Made by a program: the position numbers and the translations under genes. A stretch of DNA of 64,000 nucleotides from an uncultured Chloroflexia bacterium (GTDB taxonomy: Bacteria > Chloroflexota > Anaerolineae > JAAYZQ01), in assembly GCA_963700285.1 (NCBI GenBank), contig CAVOXA010000022.1, forward strand, positions 160,001 to 224,000, given 5' to 3'. The notes below the pieces were generated by a model that saw only the letters and a program-made list of their open reading frames with translations, was not told the DNA's origin and did no database searches. This document shows positions 21,499-32,109 of the stretch, in pieces. How positions within the stretch are numbered: position 1 is the first letter of the stretch; the number at the start of each line of letters is the position of its first letter.

Positions 21499-21978
21499 AT
21501 GGTGAGTCACATCTGTATCAATTGTTGTATGAAGACAAAGGTGATCTTGTGCCATCCTGACATGACGGTCAAGGAAGCGGCCGCCCTCATGGCCGAGAAC
21601 AACGTCGGGACGCTGCCAGTGGTTGACGAGGCGTCAAACCTGGTCGGTGTGACTACGATGCGCGACCTCATTCAGATCTTTTTGCCCGATTTTGTTTTCC
21701 TGCTATCGAACATCAACTTTGTCAAAGACTATGGAGAGCTGGGAACGCCTTCGAGCGCGAGCTTGCAGAGGGCGGCGAGGATGTCGGTGGCCGACATCAT
21801 GGAGGCCCCTGTGTCGGTTGAGGAGGATTGCACGCTCATTCGGGCGCTCTCATTCATGGAGAGCTATGGAATACCGGACCTGCCGGTGGTAAGGGAGGGA
21901 AAACTGGTTGGACTGGCCTCGCGCGTGGATATCGGCCGCGCCTTTCTCTCCACCTGGCTGACTGTGCCACCTGACTGA
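21499..21978 (+). CDS. CBS-domain protein
   Basis: Two CBS motifs (LPVVDE...LVGV; LPVVREGKLVG); TTGTGC-17bp-TATAAT upstream at 21355-21383. Confidence 0.85.
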   Translation: MVSHICINCCMKTKVILCHPDMTVKEAAALMAENNVGTLPVVDEASNLVGVTTMRDLIQIFLPDFVFLLSNINFVKDYGELGTPSSASLQRAARMSVADIMEAPVSVEEDCTLIRALSFMESYGIPDLPVVREGKLVGLASRVDIGRAFLSTWLTVPPD

Positions 21979-21992
21979 ACGGAGGTTCACCG

Positions 21993-23279
21993 ATGGCGCC
22001 CTACGTCGCCACGCTGATCGTGGTTGTGACGCTGGCCCTGATCCTGACGGACAAACTGGACCATACCACGGCCGCTGCGGGGGGAGCGGCGGCCATGATG
22101 ATCGCCGGCCTCGCCCTGGGTTTCTACTCGGAAGAGCAGGCCCTGGACTCGATCCATTTTGGCGCCCTGGGTTTGCTCTTGGGCATGATGATTTTGGTTG
22201 CCATTCTGGCGCCCACGGGCTTTTTTCAGTATATCGCCATCAAGGCCGGACAGTTGTCACGGGGCAACCCCTGGCGGTTGCTGCTGCTGCTGGGTGTCGG
22301 CACCGCCTTTGTTTCCCTCTTTTTCAACAACGTGACCACAGTGGTACTCGTGGGGCCGATCACCATCCTGATCACCGAACTTCTGGGCATTAATCCCATC
22401 CCGATCTTGATGGCCCAGGCGCTGCTCTCTGACACGGCTGACGTGGGAACCTCTGTGGGTGATCCTGCCAGCGTGCTCGTTGCTTCGGCTTCCGGCAACA
22501 CCTTTACTGACTTTCTCACCCACTCGATGCCGATTGTAGCCGTAGCCGTGGTGGTGACGCTCTTGATGTTGCGCATCCTCTTTTCGAAAGAGTTGTCTGA
22601 AGGTCCGGCCAGACCGGAACTGGTCATGACCCTGGATGCCAATGAGGCACTGGAGGATCGCAAGACGGCGCTGCGGGTCTTGGCCGTATTGGCTGTCACC
22701 ATCGTGCTCTTTGTCCTTCAACGGCCCCTGAACCTTAGTTCGGAATTCATCGCCCTGTCTGCCGCGGCCGTGGCTCTGGTCTGGGTTCGACCCAACGTTC
22801 GCGACGTGCTCCTGCGGGTCGACTGGCCCGTGCTCATTTTCTTCGTGGGCCTCTTTGCCATGGTAGGCGGGCTGGACGCCGCGGGGGTGTTTGAACCGAT
22901 TGCCGCGGCTCTGGCGCCCATCGGCCATTCGAATCCCCGGATTCTGGGGGTCATTATCATTTGGGTGGTGGCCGGCCTGTCCGCCCTGGTGGACAATGTG
23001 CCGGTAACCATCGCCATGATCTCCCTGCTGAGTGGGCTGGCCGTTGCTGGTGTGAATGTCAGCGGCCTGTGGTGGGCCGTGGTGTTTGGGGCCGGCTTTG
23101 GGGGAAACGCGACCAAGATAGGTTCGGGCGCCAATATCTTGATCGTGTCGCTCTCCGAGCAGACGAGCACGCCGATTTCGGCTCGAATCTGGAACCGCCG
23201 TGGGCTGCCGGTGGCCATCGCCACCTGCCTGGTGGGCAGTATCCTCTTTGTCCTGTTCTTCGATTGGCTCCAGAGCTAG
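21993..23279 (+). CDS. ArsB/NhaD (SLC13/CitMHS-like) ion transporter
   Basis: FFNNVTTV, VGDP, VDWPVLIFF, LVDNVP and GFGGNAT.IG.GAN motifs; about 12 TM segments. Confidence 0.85.
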   Translation: MAPYVATLIVVVTLALILTDKLDHTTAAAGGAAAMMIAGLALGFYSEEQALDSIHFGALGLLLGMMILVAILAPTGFFQYIAIKAGQLSRGNPWRLLLLLGVGTAFVSLFFNNVTTVVLVGPITILITELLGINPIPILMAQALLSDTADVGTSVGDPASVLVASASGNTFTDFLTHSMPIVAVAVVVTLLMLRILFSKELSEGPARPELVMTLDANEALEDRKTALRVLAVLAVTIVLFVLQRPLNLSSEFIALSAAAVALVWVRPNVRDVLLRVDWPVLIFFVGLFAMVGGLDAAGVFEPIAAALAPIGHSNPRILGVIIIWVVAGLSALVDNVPVTIAMISLLSGLAVAGVNVSGLWWAVVFGAGFGGNATKIGSGANILIVSLSEQTSTPISARIWNRRGLPVAIATCLVGSILFVLFFDWLQS

Positions 23280-23431
23280 TCCGCGCTGGCAGAGGCCCTG
23301 GCGCCCAGGCCCAACGACCGGACGCTGTGCCATCGGCTGGAGACGCGGCGCCCGGTCAATGTCCCTCCCCGGCGCCTTGGCACTCACCCCGGCACAACCG
23401 TGGCGTAGTCAGGCTGGCGCGGGGCTGCCAG

Positions 23432-24673
23432 TCACGGCGTCGTAGCTTCGGGCAGCGCCTGAAGCTCGGGCGCATCGGCGTCCAAGCGCTCCACCTGGCG
23501 GGCGTAGAGCTTGATGCCGGGTGTGGCGCTCAGGCCGTGGGCGAAAATGCTGAGGAGTACGGTGACAGCCACAGCACCAATGATCAATGGCTCGCCTGGG
23601 AGGTACGCCTCGTGTTCCAGGTAGACCATGGCGAGGACGATGGAGGCCAGGCCCCGCGGGCCGAACCAGCCCAGGAATAGGATACTGGCCGCGCTGAGAC
23701 GCGCGCTAATCATCGATATGGCCACCGGAAGCATGCGTACCAGCGTCAGGCTCAGGACGGCATACACGGCCGCGGTTGCGGTGAGGCTGGGCCACCACCG
23801 CATGATGATGAGGCCAAAGAGGAAAAAGATAAAATTGCCGAGCAGGTGCCCTTCCTGGTCGCTGAATTCGGTCAGGCTTTGGTCGGCCCTCCGGAAAGCA
23901 ATCTTGAGCACCAGGCCGGCGGTGAATGCTGCGATAAACGGGCTGGCCCCCACAGGATTGGCCGCGATGTAGCACAAGAGGGGCAGGGCCAGCAGCCCGG
24001 GTTGTTCCAGGGCCGGTCGGGTCCAGCCGCGCTGCTGGAACTTGGCCAGCAGGAATCCACCCACCATTCCGATGGTCAGGCCGACGAGCAGGCCGAAGCC
24101 CAGTTGCTCGACCATGAAACGCAGCAGGACCTGGCCCGCGTGCTCTGCTTGCGCCGTGGCCATGCCGATGAAGAGTAGGAGAAAAGGCACCGAGAGCCCA
24201 TCGTTGAGCCCGGCCTCCACGTTCAGAGACTCGCGGATGCGTAGCGGCACCCGCGGGTTCTTGACCACGGCTTCTCCCAGCCCGGCATCGGTCGGCGCCA
24301 GCAGGGCGGCCAGAATGGCTGCTTCCCAGAATGTAAGCTGGGGGATAACCAGCTTGGCGACGAGGGCGCCCAGGAGGATGGTGAGCGGCATGGCGATGGC
24401 CAGCAGCCGGGCCGGCAGGCTCTCGTTGGCGCGCAGGACGCGCAGGTCGATGCGGGTGGCGTCGACGAACAGGAGCAGGACCAGCGCGATCTCGGCAATT
24501 GTCAAAAAGATCGCGTTTTGTTCCTCCGCCTCAACTGGGGCCGGTGCTACCAGGAACAGCAACATGCCAGCCACCGTGAAGAGCATCGGCGTGCTCAGGA
24601 TCGTGCGTTCCAGCCTCTCCGCGATGAGACTATAGAAAAAGACCACGAGGATGAATCCCAGCGCGATGAGCAT
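23432..24673 (-). CDS. cation:proton antiporter (CPA1/NhaP type)
   Basis: LAPTDAGL, LNVEAGLNDG and WFGPRGLAS motifs; RBS aaggag before ATG 24673. Confidence 0.9.
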   Translation of the reverse strand: MLIALGFILVVFFYSLIAERLERTILSTPMLFTVAGMLLFLVAPAPVEAEEQNAIFLTIAEIALVLLLFVDATRIDLRVLRANESLPARLLAIAMPLTILLGALVAKLVIPQLTFWEAAILAALLAPTDAGLGEAVVKNPRVPLRIRESLNVEAGLNDGLSVPFLLLFIGMATAQAEHAGQVLLRFMVEQLGFGLLVGLTIGMVGGFLLAKFQQRGWTRPALEQPGLLALPLLCYIAANPVGASPFIAAFTAGLVLKIAFRRADQSLTEFSDQEGHLLGNFIFFLFGLIIMRWWPSLTATAAVYAVLSLTLVRMLPVAISMISARLSAASILFLGWFGPRGLASIVLAMVYLEHEAYLPGEPLIIGAVAVTVLLSIFAHGLSATPGIKLYARQVERLDADAPELQALPEATTP

Positions 24674-24782
24674 GATTGCTCCTTTCTCAAACGCATCGGT
24701 TGGTTGGGACGATGGTGGATTGCACCGCACCTAATAATACTGCATATCTTGCCTGATGCCAAGCCTGTGCTGGTGTACATGA

Positions 24783-26000
24783 TCAGCTATCTCCAGACAA
24801 CGGCTCTGCGATGGCCGTGTAGCCAGGGTTGCGTTCTGTGCTGGCCGGCGCGTCAAGCCTGGGGCCGAGCCGCAGGAGATACCACAGCACCAGCATCAGC
24901 GGGATGCCTACCAATGAGGCAACGAGGGGCAATTCGTGCCCGGGCGTCATGCCGTAGAGCCGGCCTGCCATCCAGGCTGCGACGGCCGGACCCGCGTGCG
25001 CCAACGACTGGAAGAAGCCAAAAGCCTGTCCCTGGTTCTGCTCTTTCACAACCTGGACGATGCCGGTATTCGTGACGATCCATATGGCGGGAATTGCTCC
25101 GAGCAAGAACATGGCCACGCCAGCCCACCCCACCTCCGCCGTCTGCCAGAGCGCGAAATAAGCCAGCCAGGAGAGCACGAGCAGCCCAACAAAGCTCCAT
25201 CGCGGGCTTGTGCGTGCGGCGATAAGGTTAAACACCACGGCTCCCACATAGGAGACCGTGAACAAGAACCCGATCGTCGCCAGGGAGATGCCCCGCGTCT
25301 CTTGCAGGAAACTCGGAAGCAGCATGTAGCCGGTATAGAGCGCAATCATCGTCAATGCAAAGTACCCGGTGAGCAAGAGAAACCGATGGTTCTGAAGCAG
25401 GGCCAATGGGCTCCGCCGCTCCGCGCCGCTGTACGTCGTTGTGGGCTTGGTCAGCAACACGAACCCGATGCCAAGCATGAGGATCCCGGCTGCAATCCAC
25501 AAGTTTGTCCGTATCGCGGTGTTATGGGCAATGATGCCTCCCAGCCACGGAGAGACGATCTGGGCCGCGGGCCAGGCAGCCCAAATCGTCGACAGCGTCC
25601 TTTCCGAGATTCCCGGAATACTCCGATCTGGGACATTGAGCAGTACGAGGCTCATGATTGCCGGAGATGCTGCCGCGGCGCATCGGTAGATGAGCAATCC
25701 CGGTATGGCCGTGTGCCACGACCTGGCAATGGCCATGAGAAGCAACCCCAGGACTCCCAACGCCCAGGCGCCAAGGATGACCCGGCGGGGCCCAATTCGG
25801 TCGCTAAGGAATCCCCCTGGGATCATCACCAGGGCAGCGCAGATGGATTCCAGGGCCAGGGCGGTCCCGATCTGCTCCGGCGTTGCTCCCAGTTCGCCCA
25901 AGTAAATCTGTCGCTGATTGTACCACAAGCCCACGCTGAGTGACCAGACGAACACCGACAGCATCAGGAGCCGGTTGTTTGGCCCAAAGTCTCTGAGCAT
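24783..26000 (-). CDS. MFS transporter
   Basis: GFLSDRIGPRR motif A; 12 TM segments; RBS aggagg. Confidence 0.85.
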   Translation of the reverse strand: MLRDFGPNNRLLMLSVFVWSLSVGLWYNQRQIYLGELGATPEQIGTALALESICAALVMIPGGFLSDRIGPRRVILGAWALGVLGLLLMAIARSWHTAIPGLLIYRCAAAASPAIMSLVLLNVPDRSIPGISERTLSTIWAAWPAAQIVSPWLGGIIAHNTAIRTNLWIAAGILMLGIGFVLLTKPTTTYSGAERRSPLALLQNHRFLLLTGYFALTMIALYTGYMLLPSFLQETRGISLATIGFLFTVSYVGAVVFNLIAARTSPRWSFVGLLVLSWLAYFALWQTAEVGWAGVAMFLLGAIPAIWIVTNTGIVQVVKEQNQGQAFGFFQSLAHAGPAVAAWMAGRLYGMTPGHELPLVASLVGIPLMLVLWYLLRLGPRLDAPASTERNPGYTAIAEPLSGDS

Positions 26001-26508
26001 CCACCACTCCTCCTTGCATCAGATGAGGTACTTGTTCCAGATCCTCTCCAGGGGCCAAGGCAGCGCTTGACAGCCTGGACAGGTGAGCCGGTGCTAGGCC
26101 GGACGCAGGCAGAGTGACGAACCCAAAGCCCCGCCTCACTCGCTCGGTTTGCAGGTCGCTATCCTACCACAGAACGAGAGTTTTGAACACCCTAGCGTAT
26201 GACGCGGGCTAACGCTCTTGACCGGACAGCTCCGTTGTCAGCCGGCGGACCCGATCCGCCTGTGTGGCGAACAATCGGCGCTGTGGGTACTCCTGACCTG
26301 AGTCAGCTAGCCGTGGCAGGCCCCAGGCAGAGCCACTCTCGTGGTCCAGGCGAGCCAGCGTCGGTTCGGCTGTCCCTCTACCGCCTCGCCTGATCGCGAT
26401 AGTGGGCATAGGCCGAGTATCTGGACGAGCCAGATACCGCTGCGGTGTCCATCCCACGGGGATGGCGACCACGAACAGGGCCTGGCGGCCAGCCAAGCCA
26501 GGTCGGCG

Positions 26509-28110
26509 TTAGCCGAGGAAGGGCTGCAGATAGCGCGTGGCGGGCAGAAAGTCCAACCCAGTCAGCACGCGCTGCTGAAAGGCGCTCAACGCTCCCAGTT
26601 GGCTCAAGCGCGAGCCGTCGACAAAGGTCTGGTCGGTGGCGTACAACGGCGCAAACTCGTGCAGCACGCGGTCGACCGACGAAGACAAGTTCGCCTGTCG
26701 GCAGCGCAAGGCCAGCACGGCGCGCAGCAACAAGGCCAGGAAGGTGATGAACACCAAGCCTTCGATGCGCTGGTCGGTGTGCAGAGTACAGAGGCTGTAC
26801 CTGCAACGGGCCTTTGAGCGTCCGGTTCTGTTTCTCCACCCCATCCTGGGCCTTGAACCAGGTCAGGGTCTCGTCTGCGGACAGGTGCGAGGCATTGGTG
26901 CCCAGCAGGTACTTGCCGTCCAGGGCTTGGGCTTGGGCCAAGGCGGCCCGGTCCACGTGAAAGGCCAGAGCTAACTGGCGGTCCGTACCGCTCAACTCCA
27001 CGGCAACCAACCCTTTGGCCGGGTTGCCGCGCTGGGCCAGGGCTACCTGATGGGCCGCGTACTCGCGCCGGATGTAGCGCCCCCGGTTGAGATGGCTACG
27101 GATGTCGGCCAGCCGGTTGAGCAAGGCCTTGAGATGTGCTTTGCGTTTGTCCTCGTCAAGTCGCTGTTTCCCGGCACTCCACACCACCAGCGCCCGGTCC
27201 TCGTAGGTTTCACCTTGGTAGCTGACCGGGAACGGCCGCCACACACCGCGATACGGCACAAAGGGCCGGTCAGCGGGCGGCCGCCGTTTTGGCCGGTAGC
27301 TCAGTTCGTGGCTGGCCAGCTCAGCCTCGCTTACACTGCGCAGCACGGCCTGCACGGTCGTGTTGGCTTCCCAGGGACCGAGGTAGTACAGATGGTGCAG
27401 ATGGGCAGCCGCTACGGCCGCCGGCGTGATCATCTTGCAGTCGCCCACCACCAGACGGGCGAACGGCCAGGGTCGCACATTCCGGCCGGCGCAGGAAAGC
27501 GGAGATAGCCTCCAGGTTGGGTACCGGAGTGGTGGTGTCCCCAGTGGCCCCGTTGAGCAACCGGTAGAGCAGGGGCAGCCGCTCCCGGCTGGTCACATCC
27601 ATCCCCACCTTGACCAGCTTGTTGTCAAAGCGGTTATCACTGCTGCGACCATAGGCGGCCAACTCGCTGTCCTCATACTCGCCTTCCAGGTGAATGGTAG
27701 TGGTGTCCCAGTGCAGGACGCTGAGGTCGACCCCTTCCTGTTGCACCACCCGCGCCGCAATGGCAACCCAGGCCTGTCCCAGAAAGGGGTGCAACTCATC
27801 CAGGGCACGCCCAAAGCGTTGGTCGTACAACTGCTCGGCCTTCAGCCCAAACATGGAAGCCACGACCGTCTGGGCGGCCCACTCCCCAACGTGGCTGAGG
27901 GGTTGGGGAGGCCATGGACCGGTTGAGCGTTAGAACTTCCACCAACCGGCCCAGATCGACGTCGGCTTTGGTCCAGCGCAAGGCATTGATCGTCTCGCGC
28001 ACTTGCATGGCTTCCAACAGCGGGTAGAGAACCGGGATGGCCCCGACCTGACGGGGCGTTGAGTGGCTTGTCGCCGCAGCGACACGGTCGGCCCAGGTAG
28101 TCTCGGACAT
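26509..28110 (-). mobile_element. IS1634-family DDE transposase with about three frameshifts
   Basis: Pieces in three frames: GRLVEVLTLNR; RFGRALD..., LHWDTTT.HLEGEY, YGRSSD; VVGD.KM, DGKYLLGTN, QDGVEK..R.LK; RIEGLVFITFLALL. Terminal IRs not identified. Confidence 0.8.
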
Positions 28111-28489
28111 CGTATCCTCCTCGCGCAAAAGTGTGTGCCGAGGATATGATACACCCGTTTGGCTTGTGCGTCTATTCAGATGGTAACGTACTATTCGCCT
28201 GGCGCGGCGGCCAGCTCTCAGGCTGCCCGCCGATGAACGTTATGTTGTTTCGCATAGACCTGTCGAAAACAGGCTCAGACGGATGTACATTTTCGACCGG
28301 CACAGGGGGCAGCTTGTGGGTAGGGATCTCTTGTGGCTTGCGTTTTTAAGGGGCATGGGGCAATGCAAGCACCGGTTTCAGCATCTTGTCTTTTTCCGTT
28401 CCCTATGCTATTATGCTCCGGTCTGAAATCCGCCCTGTGTCAAAGAGCCGGGCCACCGTAGGCAATTACTTTTTCGTGATTCTGACGCC

Positions 28490-28935
28490 TGTCATTGCGA
28501 GTTTATCCATGGCGCGTGGCGCCACTGAGAGCGGGATGACACCAGACCTCGTCATCGCGAGGCGGCCACAGGCCGACAGCTTGTCCTGAGGCCGCCGAAG
28601 GGAAGCGATCCCAAACTGCACAGCAGAGACTGCTTCGTCGCTGACGCTCCTCGCAGTGACAGAGTCGATGTCAATAGTGGGAGCGGAGCGACGAAGCACC
28701 ACCATGCCCGCCATGCCCGCCACGCCCGCCACGCCCGCCACGCGCCCGCCGCGGAGTCCTCGCGGTGGAGTCCTCGCGGTGGAGTCCTCGCGGTGGCAGT
28801 TCCCGCTTGTGCGAAGCAGTCGGTTTCTCATGAGTACGTGGAGATTGCTTTGCTGCGCTCGCAATGACAGATCGGAAAGAGAGATACAAACTTTGCTGCG
28901 CTCGCAATGACAGATCGGAAAGAGAGATACAAACT
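28490..28935. repeat. cluster of GTCATTGCGAG-family palindromes and short tandem repeats
   Basis: Element copies at 28490-28660; ccgcca(t/c)gc 9-mers; ggagtcctcgcggt x3; 43-bp direct duplication starting at 28848 and 28891. Confidence 0.75.
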
Positions 28936-28950
28936 GGAGGGCAAAGGAGC

Positions 28951-31900
28951 ATGACATCGAAAACCCGATCTCTGGCCGCGATTGCTGTCGTTCTGCTGAT
29001 GGCCAGCCTGCTGCCCGCTGGCGCTGGTACGCGCGCGCTGGACTCCAACGAGGGGATGGGCACGGATGCGCCCAGGGCGCAGTTGCCCGGGGACGAAGGG
29101 GCAAGACCAGCGTTCCAGCCCCCTGCGGAGCCGCCTTCCGTGTCGCCTGTAGCCAACCCGTCGCCGGCAATGCCAGTGAGCGCGGCCGGAGCGGGCTCAC
29201 CCGCCGTCGGGCGTCCCGTGGGCCCCTTTGGCGGCACGGCCGACTATGACAGCGGCTGGGTGGACATGGATGCCGGCGATGCGTACGTTTTCACGCACAA
29301 CCTGGGTGGCGATCCCGATGATTATGTGGTCGATCTCTCGACGGTGACGGGGGGGTTCATTACCCAGGCGCCTTTCAGCCAGGAGGGCTTTGGCGGCGAC
29401 ATCTACTGGGACGGCCAGGAGATGGTGGAGAGCGGCTACATCTGGAACAGCCTGGATGCGACCCAGATCGAGGTTGTCAAGGGTGCGGACGAGGAGAGCG
29501 CCGGACCGTTGCGGCTTCGGATCTGGCGCCTGCCTGGCGCCGATTATGACAGCGGCTGGCAGGATCTCTCTCGCACGCAGATACTCACGCTCCAGCACGA
29601 GTTGGGCGGCGATCCCGACGATTATTCTGTCTATCTGGAGTTTTTCGACGAGGATGAGGGATTCGGTGTGAACCGGACCGGCTATGGTCTGGATTCATAC
29701 CAGTGGGGCGGCAAGGATTATTTCGAGGTGGGCGCTGCCTGGGTCGATCTGACCAGCGCCAGCATTAGCCTCGACCGGGGCCGCCAGGACACCTACGCGG
29801 ACCAGGTGCGCGTCCGCATCTGGCGCGTACCTGGCGCCGACTATGACAGCGGCTGGGTCGACGTTGCTCAGGATGAGCTGCTGACGCTGGCCCACGATCT
29901 GGGCGGTCCCTGGAACGACTTTTACGTCGACGTCCAGTTCTGGAGAGACGAATGGCACGGGCGACACCAGGCCCAATATGGCCTCGACCGTGCAAAACCC
30001 TACGCCGACGTCCGGGTATATGGCGCCAGCCTGCGCTATCTTTTCGATGGTACCCTGTCCATCTACCGGGGCAGCTACGATATCCTGGTCCACCGGGTAC
30101 GGGTCCGCATCTGGGCCGACCCCAAGCCCAAGTATGACAGCGGCTGGGTTTCCATCGACCAGGATGAGTGGCTGGCGCTGGAGCATGGGCTGGGCGGCGA
30201 TCCAGATTACTACCACATCGATCTGCAATTCAAGGACACCGACGCCGACGGAGACTGCTGCCACGGCATCAACCAGTGGGCCTACGGCGGCGATTTTTGG
30301 GTCGATCCCGATGACAACCAGCAGGCCATAGGCGCATATTGGAACCAATTGACGTCCGATTCCATCGTGGTCCGGCGATTTCCCGGCGACCACAAGGCCG
30401 ATGAGATCCGGCTGCGCATCTGGTCGGCGCCGGCGCCCGACTATCGCTTTGCGGGCAATTGGGCCGGCGCCGGACCCGGGGGTGTGTACGATCACTTTGT
30501 CGGTGGCGAACCAGACGACTATGTCGTCAGCGTCCTGGCCCAGCATGGCGATTGGCTGGGTCTGAACGTGCTGGGTTTTGGCCGGGATCGGACCGCGCCC
30601 GACCAAATGCAGGGCTTCCACTGGACCGATCTGACGGATGAATCGGTGGAAGTCACCTTTGGCGGCGACAGCGACATGGACCATCCCTCTGTCAGCATCT
30701 GGCAGAACCCAAACCCGGCCTATGACAGCGGCTGGCGGTCGCTGACCCCTGCCGCCGTGAGGGCCTTTGGACACGGACTGGGTTTCCACCCCAACCTCAC
30801 CGTCGTCGACCTCCAGTTCCAGGCCGAGCAGGGGGGCCTGGGCGTGAACCAGGCGGGCTATGGGCAGGACACGTCCTTCGTTCCCGGTGAAGGCTGGAGC
30901 GTATGGGGCGCGTTCTGGTACGACCTGACGCCGGAAAGGGTATCGGTCTGGCGTACGGGTGACGATCCTTTTGCCGCCAAGGGCCGCGTGCGCGTTTGGT
31001 ACACCGGCGGTTGCTATGCGGTGGAGGCGGAGATCGAGCCGGCCGGCGGGGGCAGGGTCGAGGTGAAGCCGGCGCCCAACTGCGGATCCGGCCGGGGCTA
31101 CGCCGAGGGCACGGCCATCGAGCTGACGGCCGTAGCCAACGCGGGCTATACCTTTGAGCACTGGCGCACGGTCTGGGGCGCCGAGTTCACTGATAACCCC
31201 CAAGCCTTCGCGGTGGACGGGGACAGTATCATCACGGCCCATTTCGGTGCGGACGCGGACCCCTTCCCGGTCCTCTTTGATGAGGCCCATGGGGAGCGCA
31301 ATACCCTGTCCTGGACCCGGGCGCAGGAGCTGTCCAATACCCTGCCCTGGCACCCGGTTCCGGAGTGGGTCTACTTTGGCAAACTACGGGACGCCCTGGC
31401 CGGCGAGTTCGCCCTGGTACGCAACGCCGGCCAGCCGCTCACCGACGCGCTGCTGAGCGACTACCGGGCGCTGGTCTTGGCCGCGCCTGAGCAGGGTCTG
31501 AGCCCCGCCGAGCAGCAGGCCGTCAGCCGCTACGTGCGGGGTGGCGGTGGGGTGATCTTTCTCGGAGACTGCGGCCTGGCCCCGCCCGACAATGACTTCT
31601 GGTGGAAGACCTTTGGCCTGTCTTTCAACGCGAGCTGCCTCTTTTCGCCCATTCCCGACATGATCGGTGACTTTACGGTCACCGACTTTCACGACCAGGC
31701 CCCGGGCGGCGTGACGCATTACAACACGAACTGGGGAGGGAGCCTTCAGGCCGCAAAAGGCGTCCAGCCATTGGCCTGGACCGGGGCTGATACCTGGGAG
31801 GACAGCAACGGCAGCGACGAGTATGAGCGCGGCGACGATGAGACCGGCAAGTTCCTGGTCCTGGCCGAATATGATGGCGGCTGTGGGCGCGTCGCGGCCC

Positions 31901-32040
31901 TATCGGACGATGCCTTTCAGGACGGCGGCTTTGATGACTATGACAACGAGGGCCTCATGCGCGCCCTGCTGGTCCGGGTGATGGGCGGCGCAGCCTGCGG
32001 CTACGACCACGAGGCCTACCTGCCTCTGGTACTCCGATAG
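28951..32040 (+). CDS. secreted protein with six ~100-aa YDSGW repeats, an InlB-B-like module and a DUF4350/GATase-like domain
   Basis: RBS aaggag; signal peptide; repeated YDSGW...H.LGGDPD.Y...RVRIW; VLFDEAHGE domain; ends AYLPLVLR. Confidence 0.85.
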   Translation: MTSKTRSLAAIAVVLLMASLLPAGAGTRALDSNEGMGTDAPRAQLPGDEGARPAFQPPAEPPSVSPVANPSPAMPVSAAGAGSPAVGRPVGPFGGTADYDSGWVDMDAGDAYVFTHNLGGDPDDYVVDLSTVTGGFITQAPFSQEGFGGDIYWDGQEMVESGYIWNSLDATQIEVVKGADEESAGPLRLRIWRLPGADYDSGWQDLSRTQILTLQHELGGDPDDYSVYLEFFDEDEGFGVNRTGYGLDSYQWGGKDYFEVGAAWVDLTSASISLDRGRQDTYADQVRVRIWRVPGADYDSGWVDVAQDELLTLAHDLGGPWNDFYVDVQFWRDEWHGRHQAQYGLDRAKPYADVRVYGASLRYLFDGTLSIYRGSYDILVHRVRVRIWADPKPKYDSGWVSIDQDEWLALEHGLGGDPDYYHIDLQFKDTDADGDCCHGINQWAYGGDFWVDPDDNQQAIGAYWNQLTSDSIVVRRFPGDHKADEIRLRIWSAPAPDYRFAGNWAGAGPGGVYDHFVGGEPDDYVVSVLAQHGDWLGLNVLGFGRDRTAPDQMQGFHWTDLTDESVEVTFGGDSDMDHPSVSIWQNPNPAYDSGWRSLTPAAVRAFGHGLGFHPNLTVVDLQFQAEQGGLGVNQAGYGQDTSFVPGEGWSVWGAFWYDLTPERVSVWRTGDDPFAAKGRVRVWYTGGCYAVEAEIEPAGGGRVEVKPAPNCGSGRGYAEGTAIELTAVANAGYTFEHWRTVWGAEFTDNPQAFAVDGDSIITAHFGADADPFPVLFDEAHGERNTLSWTRAQELSNTLPWHPVPEWVYFGKLRDALAGEFALVRNAGQPLTDALLSDYRALVLAAPEQGLSPAEQQAVSRYVRGGGGVIFLGDCGLAPPDNDFWWKTFGLSFNASCLFSPIPDMIGDFTVTDFHDQAPGGVTHYNTNWGGSLQAAKGVQPLAWTGADTWEDSNGSDEYERGDDETGKFLVLAEYDGGCGRVAALSDDAFQDGGFDDYDNEGLMRALLVRVMGGAACGYDHEAYLPLVLR

Positions 32041-32058
32041 CCGGTACACCGACGTCTC

Positions 32059-32093
32059 AGACCTCGGGGGTTCCAGGCAGACCCCCGAGGTCT
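32059..32093. repeat. AGACC-n-GGTCT palindromic element
   Basis: agacctcgggggtt-ccaggc-agacccccgaggtct. Confidence 0.7.
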
Positions 32094-32109
32094 GGTATGA
32101 GGACCTAAC

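Noticed and set aside
26207-28245. Integron attC-like TAAC...GTT pairs (26207/26506 and 28182/28238)
   Set aside because: One pair is 300 bp apart and the other has poor internal complementarity; no integrase or cassette array is present.
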